A stretch of DNA of 29,725 nt from Selenomonadales bacterium (GCA_017390595.1 JAFPBC010000170.1:1-29725), one strand, 5' to 3'. Shown: positions 17,076-26,879, counted from the first letter of the stretch. The notes: generated by a model from the sequence alone, not told the origin. Made by a program: numbers and translations.

Positions 17076-17825
17076 TTATGCTTCGTTATCACCAAGCATT
17101 TTCAATGCGCTATGATTCGTAAAATCAACTTGAAGCGGCGTGACCGAGATATAACCATCGCGAACCGCTGTCGTATCGGTATCACCATTGCCTTTTTCTT
17201 CGATCGGCGTGCCGCCCATCCAGTAATATGTACGCCCCGTCGGGTCTTGTCGTTTCACGAACGTATTGGCATAGTCGCGACGACCGAGCGGCGCGACGCG
17301 CACACCTTGGTATCCACCTTCACGAAGCGGCGGAAAATTCACATTGATAAGCATCTTTTCTTTCGATGCGATCGGATAGAATCGGCGAAGCACCTTGATA
17401 GCTTCTTTCGCAACGATCTCCATATCTTCTGCCAGTTTCCCTTCAAACGACATAGCAAACGATGCTACACCGTGCAGATATCCTTCAACAGCGGCACCGA
17501 CCGTACCCGAATAGAGCACGTCCGTACCCAGATTATAACCTGCATTGATACCCGATATCACCACATCGGCATCGATCGCAAGTCCTTCCAGACCGAGCTT
17601 TACACAATCAACAGGCGTACCACCGCATTTATATGCCGTGATGCCTTCTCCGATATCGACAGTATCGACACGGATCGGGTCATGCACCGTGATCGAATGG
17701 CTCGTCGCACTTCTTTCTCCATCGGGCGCTACAACGAACACCTCACCGACTTCGCGAAGTGCATTAGCAAGCGCGCGGATACCGGGCGCCATAACACCAT
17801 CGTCATTCGATAACAAAATACGCAA
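17076..17825 (-). CDS. surE: 5'/3'-nucleotidase SurE
   Basis: ILLSNDDGVMAPGI, GTPVDCV, SGINAGYNLG...YSGTVGAA and TPLQVDFT motifs. Confidence 0.96.
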   Translation of the reverse strand: MRILLSNDDGVMAPGIRALANALREVGEVFVVAPDGERSATSHSITVHDPIRVDTVDIGEGITAYKCGGTPVDCVKLGLEGLAIDADVVISGINAGYNLGTDVLYSGTVGAAVEGYLHGVASFAMSFEGKLAEDMEIVAKEAIKVLRRFYPIASKEKMLINVNFPPLREGGYQGVRVAPLGRRDYANTFVKRQDPTGRTYYWMGGTPIEEKGNGDTDTTAVRDGYISVTPLQVDFTNHSALKMLGDNEA

Positions 17826-17838
17826 ATCGATCCCTCCG

Positions 17839-18570
17839 TTATAATTGTCCCAAAAATTTATGCGTCTGCGGGATCACGCGCACATCCGTCAGATGTGCAA
17901 GCGCCATCTCTTGGTAGCGAAGCATTGACTCCGCACTGATCGCATGGATCTTACCGATAGGCGTCACAGGCTGCAGAATAAGCGGGATCGTTTTTCCTGC
18001 TCGCGCGACCATCTCGATCGCCTGCACGACCTCTTCTTCCGTCGTTTCTGCCGCCACGACCAATTTCACGAACAACTCTTTTTCTTTTGCCGTATTCAAA
18101 AACACATCATGCTCTTTAAAACAATCTCTGCCCGTAATGCTCGGAAGCTTGATATCCATACTGATGATATCAACTGCCGATATCACTTCGCGAAGCGCCT
18201 CCCACATCGTTCCGTTCGTCTCCAGATAGACAGGAACACGAAACTGCGCGAGCTCACGAATAACAGACGGATGACAGAGCGGTTCACCGCCCGTCACACT
18301 GATCGCCTGATGCGAAACAGCGGCAAGCATCTCCTTGATCTTCTCTTTTAACAAAGTACCTTCGACAGGGTTCGGATACGTATCGAACGAACGACTGCCC
18401 GCATACGTCTCTATACGACACACATCGGGTGTCTTATGCGACTCTTTTGTGTCGCAATACGAGCAGTTCAGATTACACCCGGGAAGACGTACGAAGAGCT
18501 GTCTCGCACCGACATAGAGACCTTCGCCTTGAATCGAAGAAAATATCTCAATTACATTTGTCGTATCCAT
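17839..18570 (-). CDS. queE: 7-carboxy-7-deazaguanine synthase (radical SAM)
   Basis: EIFSSIQGEG, CNLNCSYCDT, VTGGEPL, ETNG and RVIPQTHK motifs; adjacent to queD. Confidence 0.92.
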   Translation of the reverse strand: MDTTNVIEIFSSIQGEGLYVGARQLFVRLPGCNLNCSYCDTKESHKTPDVCRIETYAGSRSFDTYPNPVEGTLLKEKIKEMLAAVSHQAISVTGGEPLCHPSVIRELAQFRVPVYLETNGTMWEALREVISAVDIISMDIKLPSITGRDCFKEHDVFLNTAKEKELFVKLVVAAETTEEEVVQAIEMVARAGKTIPLILQPVTPIGKIHAISAESMLRYQEMALAHLTDVRVIPQTHKFLGQL

Positions 18571-18575
18571 TGATA

Positions 18576-18953
18576 TCAGTCCTCATAATAGAGCACAGCA
18601 GATTTCGGCGATTCCCAAACGCGAACACTTTTGAGCGTGACCGTCGAATGGAAAAGATCGCTTTTCTGAAGTTCCTGATAGATAAAGCGAGCCATATTTT
18701 CTGCCGTCGGATTCATCGTTTTGAACGCGTCAAGCTCGTTCAAATAATAATGATCGAGCTTACTGATAACAAGATCATCGATCGCTGCTTTGAGATCTTT
18801 GAAATCCACCAAGAAACCGAGTTCATTAAGCTCTGTACCGACGACCATAACATCGATCGTCCAGTTATGACCGTGCATACGATTGCATTTGCCCGGGTAA
18901 TCTACAACACGATGTGCCGCTTCAAAATCAACTTTTACCAACAATTCATACAT
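18576..18953 (-). CDS. queD: 6-carboxy-5,6,7,8-tetrahydropterin synthase
   Basis: FEAAH, CNRMHGHNW, VDFKDLK, NPTAEN and VWES motifs. Confidence 0.93.
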   Translation of the reverse strand: MYELLVKVDFEAAHRVVDYPGKCNRMHGHNWTIDVMVVGTELNELGFLVDFKDLKAAIDDLVISKLDHYYLNELDAFKTMNPTAENMARFIYQELQKSDLFHSTVTLKSVRVWESPKSAVLYYED

Positions 18954-18987
18954 AGTATTTCACCTCTGAATAATATTTGTTTATAGA

Positions 18988-19015
18988 AGAAAAAGGTGAG
19001 ACCGGCTCACCTTTT
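18988..19015 (-). terminator. Terminator ending the psd-pssA-GT2 unit
   Basis: Minus strand AAGGTGAG-ccggt-CTCACCTT followed by TTTCTT, starting right at the GT2 stop. Confidence 0.82.
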
Positions 19016-20270
19016 ATTTCGATTTTACATTTTCTTTTCCGATCGCCTTGATCTCATTGTAGCTCATACCACGTGTATGTTTCGTATGGCTCCATTCCTT
19101 GTTGTGACGGCGGATAAAGCCCATAGCCGTGATCGGGATCCAGCTGTAAATGAACAGCGGATAGAAGAGCCAATAGTACCATACTTTCCAATTGACGCGT
19201 ATTTTAAGCAAAATAAGCATTGGCAAAACATACTGTACGATCGTAATGACCGACCACAACTCGGCAGGCAATACGGTATTCAATATGTATGTAAAGAACG
19301 GACATACATTGTATATCCAGGTAGAGATAACGAAGAATGTTGACATCAACAAGAAATGCGGCTGCGACAGATGAACGATACCGTCTAAGATACGAATATC
19401 ACGCTGACGGATACCTTCTTTGATAAGCTTCGGGATATAACGTTTGGCAACGTCAAAATGTCCCTGTGCCCAACGCTGTCTCTGATCCCACGACTGTTTG
19501 AACGTGAGCGGTTTTTCATCGTAGACGATCGCATCATGCGCCCAGGTCGTACGCGTACCCGTCATCAATACTTTCATCGTGAATTCCATATCTTCTGTCA
19601 AACAATGTGCGCCCCAACCGAATTTTTCGAGAATGTCGGTCGAAATACACATACCCGTACCACCAAGCACACTCGACAAACCGATGTTCGATTTAGCAAG
19701 ATGCCAGATATGGTTCGTTACCCAGAACATGATAGCGAACGTACCTGCGACCCAAGTATCGGTCGGGTTTTTCGCATCGAGATAACCTTGAATGACTTTT
19801 TCCCCTTTGCAAAGCTTGCTGTTCATCTCCAAAAGGAAGTTCGGATGAACAAGGTTGTCGGCATCGAAGATCACGACACCGTCATATTTACGTTCCATTT
19901 TGAACAGACGATCGAACATCCATTCCATCGCATAGCCTTTCCCACGCTCTGTCGGATTCGTGCGCTCATGTACGATCGCACCTGCTTCTGCCGCGACTTT
20001 TGCCGTATCGTCTGTACAGTTATCGGCAATTACGAAGATATCATACATCTCGCGCGGATAGCGAAGTACACCGAGATTCTCAACGAGCTGACCGATAACT
20101 TCACGCTCGTTGTGTGCCGCAATGATAATGGCAAACGTCTTTCTCGGCGTTAAGATTTTCTTTTCTTTAGAATGCCAGATACCGAAGAATCCGATCGTAA
20201 AATAATACAGCGTATAGAATACGATAATAAACTGGATCGGTATCATGATAATGTCGAAGAAATGATTCAT
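19014..20270 (-). CDS. Membrane GT2 family glycosyltransferase (cellulose-synthase-like motif set)
   Basis: N-terminal TM, AAHNE, ADNCTD, RGKG, DAD, TED and QRQRW motifs, and C-terminal TMs. Confidence 0.9.
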   Translation of the reverse strand: MNHFFDIIMIPIQFIIVFYTLYYFTIGFFGIWHSKEKKILTPRKTFAIIIAAHNEREVIGQLVENLGVLRYPREMYDIFVIADNCTDDTAKVAAEAGAIVHERTNPTERGKGYAMEWMFDRLFKMERKYDGVVIFDADNLVHPNFLLEMNSKLCKGEKVIQGYLDAKNPTDTWVAGTFAIMFWVTNHIWHLAKSNIGLSSVLGGTGMCISTDILEKFGWGAHCLTEDMEFTMKVLMTGTRTTWAHDAIVYDEKPLTFKQSWDQRQRWAQGHFDVAKRYIPKLIKEGIRQRDIRILDGIVHLSQPHFLLMSTFFVISTWIYNVCPFFTYILNTVLPAELWSVITIVQYVLPMLILLKIRVNWKVWYYWLFYPLFIYSWIPITAMGFIRRHNKEWSHTKHTRGMSYNEIKAIGKENVKSK

Positions 20271-20323
20271 GGATCTAAGCTCCCTCTACTTCCATTTTCC
20301 CGAAGAAAACCCTCTGATAGAGT

Positions 20324-20989
20324 TTATTTCTTAAATACATTAAAACCTAAATTCAAAAGACCGAATAAAATATACGTGAAGAAAATGACAAACAAAAGCG
20401 AATTGGAATATGTAATGAAAATATAGAGACCAACAGCCGCCGCAATGACTGCGGGAACCTTGCCAAACGTCTCACCTTTGCCTTTGAAGTCGGGATATTT
20501 GACCGTGCTGACCATCAAGTATCCAAATAAGAGTACGAGCGCGATGAACATCCATGCTTCAAGATGGATACCCATGTAGATGAATGCCGCAAGCACACAA
20601 CCGCCCGCAGGGATCGGCACACCCATAAAATAGCCCTTGACAACACCCGTATTGACATTGAAACGCGCCAAACGGAATGCACCGCACGCCGCGAAAAATA
20701 CCGCTGCCAAAATCCCAACAAAACCATATTCATAGAGCTGGAACGAATACGCGAGTATGGCAGGCGCAACACCGAACGAAACCAAGTCGCAGAGCGAATC
20801 AAGCTCTTTGCCAAGCTCACTCGTCTCATTGAGATAGCGAGCCACACGACCGTCCATACCATCGGCGATCATCGCTAAAATGATGCACCATACAGCACAT
20901 TCATATCTGCCTTCGAGCGTCGCTACGATCGAAAACATACCAAATACCAGATTAAGCATCGTTACCAAATTCGGGATATGTTTTTTCAC
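20324..20989 (-). CDS. pssA: CDP-diacylglycerol--serine O-phosphatidyltransferase
   Basis: IPNLVT and DGMDGRVAR...ELGKELDSLCDLVSFG (CDP-alcohol phosphotransferase motif), RLARFN; GTG start overlaps the psd stop. Confidence 0.93.
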   Translation of the reverse strand: MKKHIPNLVTMLNLVFGMFSIVATLEGRYECAVWCIILAMIADGMDGRVARYLNETSELGKELDSLCDLVSFGVAPAILAYSFQLYEYGFVGILAAVFFAACGAFRLARFNVNTGVVKGYFMGVPIPAGGCVLAAFIYMGIHLEAWMFIALVLLFGYLMVSTVKYPDFKGKGETFGKVPAVIAAAVGLYIFITYSNSLLFVIFFTYILFGLLNLGFNVFKK

Positions 20990-21624
20990 TTTTCAATCCT
21001 CCCGATGACTGTCACGCCGCCTTTGACGCGATCACCTTTTTTTACATTTACCGTTACACTGCTTTTCGGCATCACGATCTCCGTGCACGAACCGAACTTG
21101 ATCAAACCGTACGTCTGACCTTTTTCAAGCACATTGCCGAGCGTTACCCACGACACGATACGACGTGCCAAAAGACCTGCGATCTGCGTGACCAATATCT
21201 TCACACGACCGTTATCAAGACCGATCGAATGACGCTCATTGACCCAACCGACAGATTTTTGGAACGCAGGCTTGTACTGCCCGCAGATATAATGTTGATA
21301 TTTGATCTCCCCTTCGATCGGTGCACGGTTGACATGCACATCGAATACCGAAAGGAAAATGATCACTTTATTACACGGTTCTTCCACGAACGAGTCGTCC
21401 ACTTCAACGACATCCATTACCGTACCATCGGCAGGCGATACGATGATCGTATCATCACTTGGGACATCGCGATCCGGATTACGGAAGAAAAAGCACATAA
21501 ACAAAGCTAAAATCCCCGGAATAATACTCAAGACAGGATCGATCAAAAGTGCAACGAGCGCCGTTATCAGCGCAAATCCACCAATGAACACCCACCCCTC
21601 TTTTACGATCGGCAGTTTCACCAT
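20986..21624 (-). CDS. psd: Phosphatidylserine decarboxylase proenzyme
   Basis: FFRNPDR, SPADG, FLSVFDVHVNRAP, QIAGLLARRI and IKFGS (autocleavage/pyruvoyl site) motifs. Confidence 0.94.
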   Translation of the reverse strand: MVKLPIVKEGWVFIGGFALITALVALLIDPVLSIIPGILALFMCFFFRNPDRDVPSDDTIIVSPADGTVMDVVEVDDSFVEEPCNKVIIFLSVFDVHVNRAPIEGEIKYQHYICGQYKPAFQKSVGWVNERHSIGLDNGRVKILVTQIAGLLARRIVSWVTLGNVLEKGQTYGLIKFGSCTEIVMPKSSVTVNVKKGDRVKGGVTVIGRIEK

Positions 21625-21665
21625 ATTAGGCCTCCCTTTCAGTCAACTCTGCGTTGACCTCACCC

Positions 21666-21695
21666 ATTATAATATATATTTCTCTTTTTTGTCCA
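21666..21695 (-). promoter_or_regulatory. sigma-A promoter of psd-pssA-GT2
   Basis: TGGACA, 18 nt, TATAAT, immediately after the TagA-like stop. Confidence 0.72.
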
Positions 21696-22424
21696 TTATT
21701 TTTTAGCACACAAAACTGCCAGCACAAAGCGCGGAAGTGCCAACATCCTAAGGAATCGTTTCGGCTGACAAAGCAGTCTGAACAGCCACTCAAGCTTCGC
21801 TTCCTGCATCCATTTCGGTGCTCTTTGAACGACGCCTGCCATAACATCAAGCGTACCGCCGACACCAATGATAAGCGATGCGTTAAGCTTATCTTTGTGT
21901 CTTGTTATCCAATTCTCTTGTTTCGGCACACCGAGCGCGACCAATACAAAGTCTGCCTTTGCATCATTGATCATACGAACGATATCTTCCTCTTCCGATT
22001 CCGCGAAGAAACCGTCACGCACACCGCAGACCGCAAGGCCCGGATACTTCGCCTCTGCATTTTCTTTTGCAGTCATCGCCACACCGGGCGCACCACCAAA
22101 GAAAAATACTCTATAACCCTTTTTCGCTGACAAAGCCAAGATATTTTGCGTCAAGTCAAATCCTGCTACTCGCGTCTGCTGAAGACCATATTGTCTGTTG
22201 AGCGCCCATACCGCACCAACGCCGTCGGGAACAACGAGATCTGCTTCACGAAGCGCGTGAGCAAGCGACGGATCGTCTTGCGCCATCATTATCATTTCGG
22301 GATTCGCTGTCGCGATCACACGACATTTATCCGATTTAAGTAAAAAGTCGGCCGCCGTATCAACAGCTTCATCCATATGGAGCGTATGAATGCCGACTCC
22401 TAAAATTTCTTTTTTCGGTATCAC
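21696..22424 (-). CDS. WecB/TagA/CpsF family glycosyltransferase
   Basis: TANPE, VPDGVG, RVAGFDL, VALGVPKQE, GVGGTLDV...RAP and EWLFRLLCQPKR motifs. Start set at GTG 22424 (GAGGG RBS) rather than TTG 22442. Confidence 0.92.
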   Translation of the reverse strand: MIPKKEILGVGIHTLHMDEAVDTAADFLLKSDKCRVIATANPEMIMMAQDDPSLAHALREADLVVPDGVGAVWALNRQYGLQQTRVAGFDLTQNILALSAKKGYRVFFFGGAPGVAMTAKENAEAKYPGLAVCGVRDGFFAESEEEDIVRMINDAKADFVLVALGVPKQENWITRHKDKLNASLIIGVGGTLDVMAGVVQRAPKWMQEAKLEWLFRLLCQPKRFLRMLALPRFVLAVLCAKK

Positions 22425-22462
22425 TGAATAGTTCCCTCTCAAACCAATTTAATCTTCTTATT

Positions 22463-22492
22463 ATTTTACCACAATAGGAAGGGAAATTTCAA
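22463..22492 (-). promoter_or_regulatory. sigma-A promoter of the TagA-like gene
   Basis: TTGAAA, 18 nt, extended TG-G-TAAAAT. Confidence 0.6.
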
Positions 22493-22514
22493 TCTATTCA
22501 TGGGATTCTCTCGC

Positions 22515-24446
22515 TCAAAAGCCAAATATCCTAAACGGATCCCACCATTTATTTTGTTTCTCTTCCTCTGCCCGCATCTCTTTATCTGATTTTGGTTCCG
22601 TCCCCTTAATAAAAGCACTGTATTCCGTATTCTCATCAGGCCACTCGGCATATTTTCCATTGTAATAATAGACAGGCACGCCCGTTACGACCGTATCGGG
22701 CACAGCAAATCTCGTCACAGGCTTATTCTTATAAATACGACTCATCATCTGCCCCCACATCCCTGCGACCATCGTACCCGAGATATTGGCAGGCGTTCTA
22801 TCATCTTTACCGACGAAAATGCCTGCCACCAATTCGGGCGTATATCCGATAAACCAAGCCGTCCTATAATCGTCCGTCGTACCCGTTTTACCGCCCGCTT
22901 CCCGCCCGATATTGGCAGGTGTCCCCGTCCCTGTTGTCAGCACCTCTTTTAGCATATCGGTCATCAGATACGCAACTTCGGGCGTTAGTACCGCTGACTG
23001 CACGAGCACACCTTCTTCCAGCACAGCATTCTTCTCATCAACGATCTTTCGGATGGCGATAGGTGCAGAATAGATACCTTGATTGCCAAATGATGTATAC
23101 GCTGCCGTCAGCTCCATCAGATTGACACCCTGCGACATCCCGCCGAGCACCGTTGCCAGATGCCTGTCCTCTTCCGTCAGCGTCGTGATACCGAGCCGCT
23201 CCGCCAGATCAAGTATCGCGTCCATCCCGACTTGCTTCCCCAGCCGCACCGATGCCACATTCGACGAATTTTTCAACGCACACTTCAGCGTAACAGGCCC
23301 CAGATAGACGTTATTATAATTACTCGGTCGATATCCGTTAAAATCGCCCTGTGCATCTTGCACCATCGAATTCGTACGCATCCCTTGCATCAACGCCGCC
23401 GCGTAAACGATCGGCTTAAACGCAGACCCCGGTTGACGTACCTCTTCTATCACACGATTACGCTGACTGTCACCATAAGAACGACCGCCTACCATCGCCC
23501 TGACGGCACCGTTCGTCACATCTAAAATAAGCACCGCGCCTTCACGCTCTTTGAGTACCGATTCTGCTTCCTTTTGCATCGCAAGATCAAGCGTCGTATA
23601 GACCTTCAGACCACCTTGATAGACACGCTCCTCACCGTATTTCTCCACCAGCTTCTGTGCAATATAATCAAGAAAATACGAGGCTTCTACCTCTCGCTTC
23701 TTTCCCTCGAATATCGGTATCTCCTCTTGATTGGCCGCCCATTCTTCTCCTTCATTGATAAATCCGACCTCGCGCATCTCAGCCAACACGACCGCCCGCC
23801 GCTGACGTGCCGCATCCATATCGCGATACGGTGAAAAGAGCCTCGGTCCCCGTGCAAGCCCCGCGATAAGCGCACTCTCCGCAAGCGTCAAGTCACGTGC
23901 TTTTTTACGAAAATAAGCCTGAGATGCCGCTTCCACACCATACGCACCCTCGCCGAAATAGACTTGATTGAGATACGCCTCCATGATCTCCTCTTTCGTA
24001 AACTTCTGCTCCAAAACGAGTGCCAAAAGAGCCTCCTTCAACTTCCGCGTCATCGTACGTTCCTGCGTCAGAAACATCTCTCTTGCCAACTGTTGCGTGA
24101 TCGTACTGCCGCCTTCTACGATCTCGCCCGCCCTGATATTACGTACAAGCGAACGCATGATACCGATCGGGTCGATGCCCAAATGCGAAGCAAATCGCGT
24201 ATCCTCATTGGCAACGACCGCCAGCGGCAAATAACGAGACATCTCCCCAATCGGCACAGGAACACGATTCTGCTCGAACAACTTGGCAAACGGTTCATCA
24301 TTACAGTCAAAAACTTGAGTCGCTGCTCGATACCGAAATGACTGAAGCGAATCTGCTTTCGGCAAGTCCCACATCGCATACATACCCGCAAGCAAAAAAT
24401 ATATACCGGCACAGATACCCAAGACAAATAGTATGATCTGTTTCAT
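22515..24446 (-). CDS. Class A penicillin-binding protein (PBP1A family; transglycosylase plus transpeptidase)
   Basis: TG motifs EDTRFASHLGID, GGSTITQQL, RKLKE and YLN; TP motifs SAFK, SSN and KTG; N-terminal TM; AGGAGG RBS. Confidence 0.94.
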   Translation of the reverse strand: MKQIILFVLGICAGIYFLLAGMYAMWDLPKADSLQSFRYRAATQVFDCNDEPFAKLFEQNRVPVPIGEMSRYLPLAVVANEDTRFASHLGIDPIGIMRSLVRNIRAGEIVEGGSTITQQLAREMFLTQERTMTRKLKEALLALVLEQKFTKEEIMEAYLNQVYFGEGAYGVEAASQAYFRKKARDLTLAESALIAGLARGPRLFSPYRDMDAARQRRAVVLAEMREVGFINEGEEWAANQEEIPIFEGKKREVEASYFLDYIAQKLVEKYGEERVYQGGLKVYTTLDLAMQKEAESVLKEREGAVLILDVTNGAVRAMVGGRSYGDSQRNRVIEEVRQPGSAFKPIVYAAALMQGMRTNSMVQDAQGDFNGYRPSNYNNVYLGPVTLKCALKNSSNVASVRLGKQVGMDAILDLAERLGITTLTEEDRHLATVLGGMSQGVNLMELTAAYTSFGNQGIYSAPIAIRKIVDEKNAVLEEGVLVQSAVLTPEVAYLMTDMLKEVLTTGTGTPANIGREAGGKTGTTDDYRTAWFIGYTPELVAGIFVGKDDRTPANISGTMVAGMWGQMMSRIYKNKPVTRFAVPDTVVTGVPVYYYNGKYAEWPDENTEYSAFIKGTEPKSDKEMRAEEEKQNKWWDPFRIFGF

Positions 24447-24510
24447 GTCAGTCCCTCCTATTCATCTTAGTATGAGAGGAAACCAATCTTTTTACCACAT
24501 CACATGGCAT

Positions 24511-24545
24511 AAAAAAAGAAGGCCTTGCATAAGCAAGACCCTCTT
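24511..24545 (-). terminator. Terminator of guaB
   Basis: Minus strand AAGAGGGTCTTGC-ttat-GCAAGGCCTTCTT followed by TTTTT; 13 bp with two G-U pairs, so it pairs fully only on the minus strand. Confidence 0.88.
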
Positions 24546-24556
24546 GTCGCACCAAA

Positions 24557-26014
<1,458 letters not shown>

Positions 26015-26056
26015 TTATCTGACCCCTTTTCCGTTTCGTTTTTGCGTATTTTTATT

Positions 26057-26085
26057 ATCATACCATCTAAAATCATTATCGTCCA
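26057..26085 (-). promoter_or_regulatory. sigma-A promoter of guaB
   Basis: TGGACG, 17 nt, extended TG-G-TATGAT. Confidence 0.65.
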
Positions 26086-26124
26086 GTAGTTTTACATATT
26101 TTTGAACGAAAAATCTTATCGTCA

Positions 26125-26622
26125 TCAATAACTGTACGGAGCAAAGCCTGTCCGTTCCCATATCCGATTCTGCACAAATCTGAGAACTTCTTCTACCTTG
26201 CGACGGCTCTTCTTCTTCTCATGCAAATATCCTTCCAAAAACAACTGTTCTTCCGAGTACGGAAAACTCTTCTTTGCCTGCTCGCAAAACTGCACACAAC
26301 AGACCATGCTCGCCTCCAGTTGCCACAGAACATTCTGCATCTCCCACAGATCACCTTTCGCATCAACGATAGCAGGCAGTGCTTTCCACCTTTCTTCATC
26401 GCGTGCGATCCGAACAACAGACCGTGCATCGCTGTACGAAGCGACCGCCGCCAGATACTGTCTTGCCTCATCTGACAAGAGCGCGGACAACGCACGCTCC
26501 AATTCATCAGAGGAAGCCATACGGCGCATACAATCTGCCAATACTGCTTCTTCCGTTTTCGCCAGTTGTTGCAGCAGCTCGCTAATCGTCATCTCCCCCT
26601 TTGCCATCACGTGACACATCAC
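26125..26622 (-). CDS. Hypothetical all-helical protein (possible degenerate ferritin/rubrerythrin-like fold)
   Basis: Open frame on the operon strand overlapping the tautomerase stop. The start is uncertain; ATG 26592 behind AAAGGGGGAG is an alternative. Confidence 0.68.
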   Translation of the reverse strand: MMCHVMAKGEMTISELLQQLAKTEEAVLADCMRRMASSDELERALSALLSDEARQYLAAVASYSDARSVVRIARDEERWKALPAIVDAKGDLWEMQNVLWQLEASMVCCVQFCEQAKKSFPYSEEQLFLEGYLHEKKKSRRKVEEVLRFVQNRIWERTGFAPYSY

Positions 26623-26804
26623 TTATCGCTCAAAAGCTTACCACCAATGCCAAAACTTTCTTTCGGCAATTCTCGCAAGATCACCGTAACAGCACTCTCG
26701 GAACATCCGATACTCGTAGAGATTGCTTCTGTTACCTTTTTTACCATATCGCGCTTTTGCTCTGTCGTTCTACCGGCTACAAAATCGATCTGCACAATCG
26801 GCAT
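26619..26804 (-). CDS. 4-oxalocrotonate tautomerase family protein (YwhB-like)
   Basis: MPIVQIDFVAGRTTEQK...: Pro1 and Arg11, Phe50-GIGG; GAGGGAG RBS. ATG 26804 was chosen so that Pro is N-terminal after Met removal. Confidence 0.92.
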   Translation of the reverse strand: MPIVQIDFVAGRTTEQKRDMVKKVTEAISTSIGCSESAVTVILRELPKESFGIGGKLLSDK

Positions 26805-26838
26805 CACAGTTCACTCCCTCTTTTTTATTGTTATATTG

Positions 26839-26865
26839 ATTCGATAAAATCGTACAGAAACCTGC
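26839..26865 (-). promoter_or_regulatory. sigma-H-type promoter of the tautomerase gene pair
   Basis: gcAGGTTTC, 14 nt, GAAT (atcGAATc); about 35 nt upstream of the start. Confidence 0.5.
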
Positions 26866-26879
26866 CCAAACAGCAAAAT

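Noticed and set aside
17839-18953. dpd-type 7-deazaguanine DNA modification or defence island
   Set aside because: No dpdA/tgtA5, dpdB-K, nuclease or mobile genes; the context is housekeeping.
18954-19013. preQ1 riboswitch upstream of queD
   Set aside because: No class I aptamer (AGAGGTTCTAG-type stem-loop with an A-rich tail); the space holds only a terminator and RBS.
19458-20153. 231-aa plus-strand ORF
   Set aside because: Antisense shadow of the GT2 gene.
24468-24498. sigma-G-like promoter upstream of the class A PBP (CATACTA -10)
   Set aside because: The -10 is perfect, but there is no GYATA-type -35 at 17-18 nt (only GTAAA at 16 nt).
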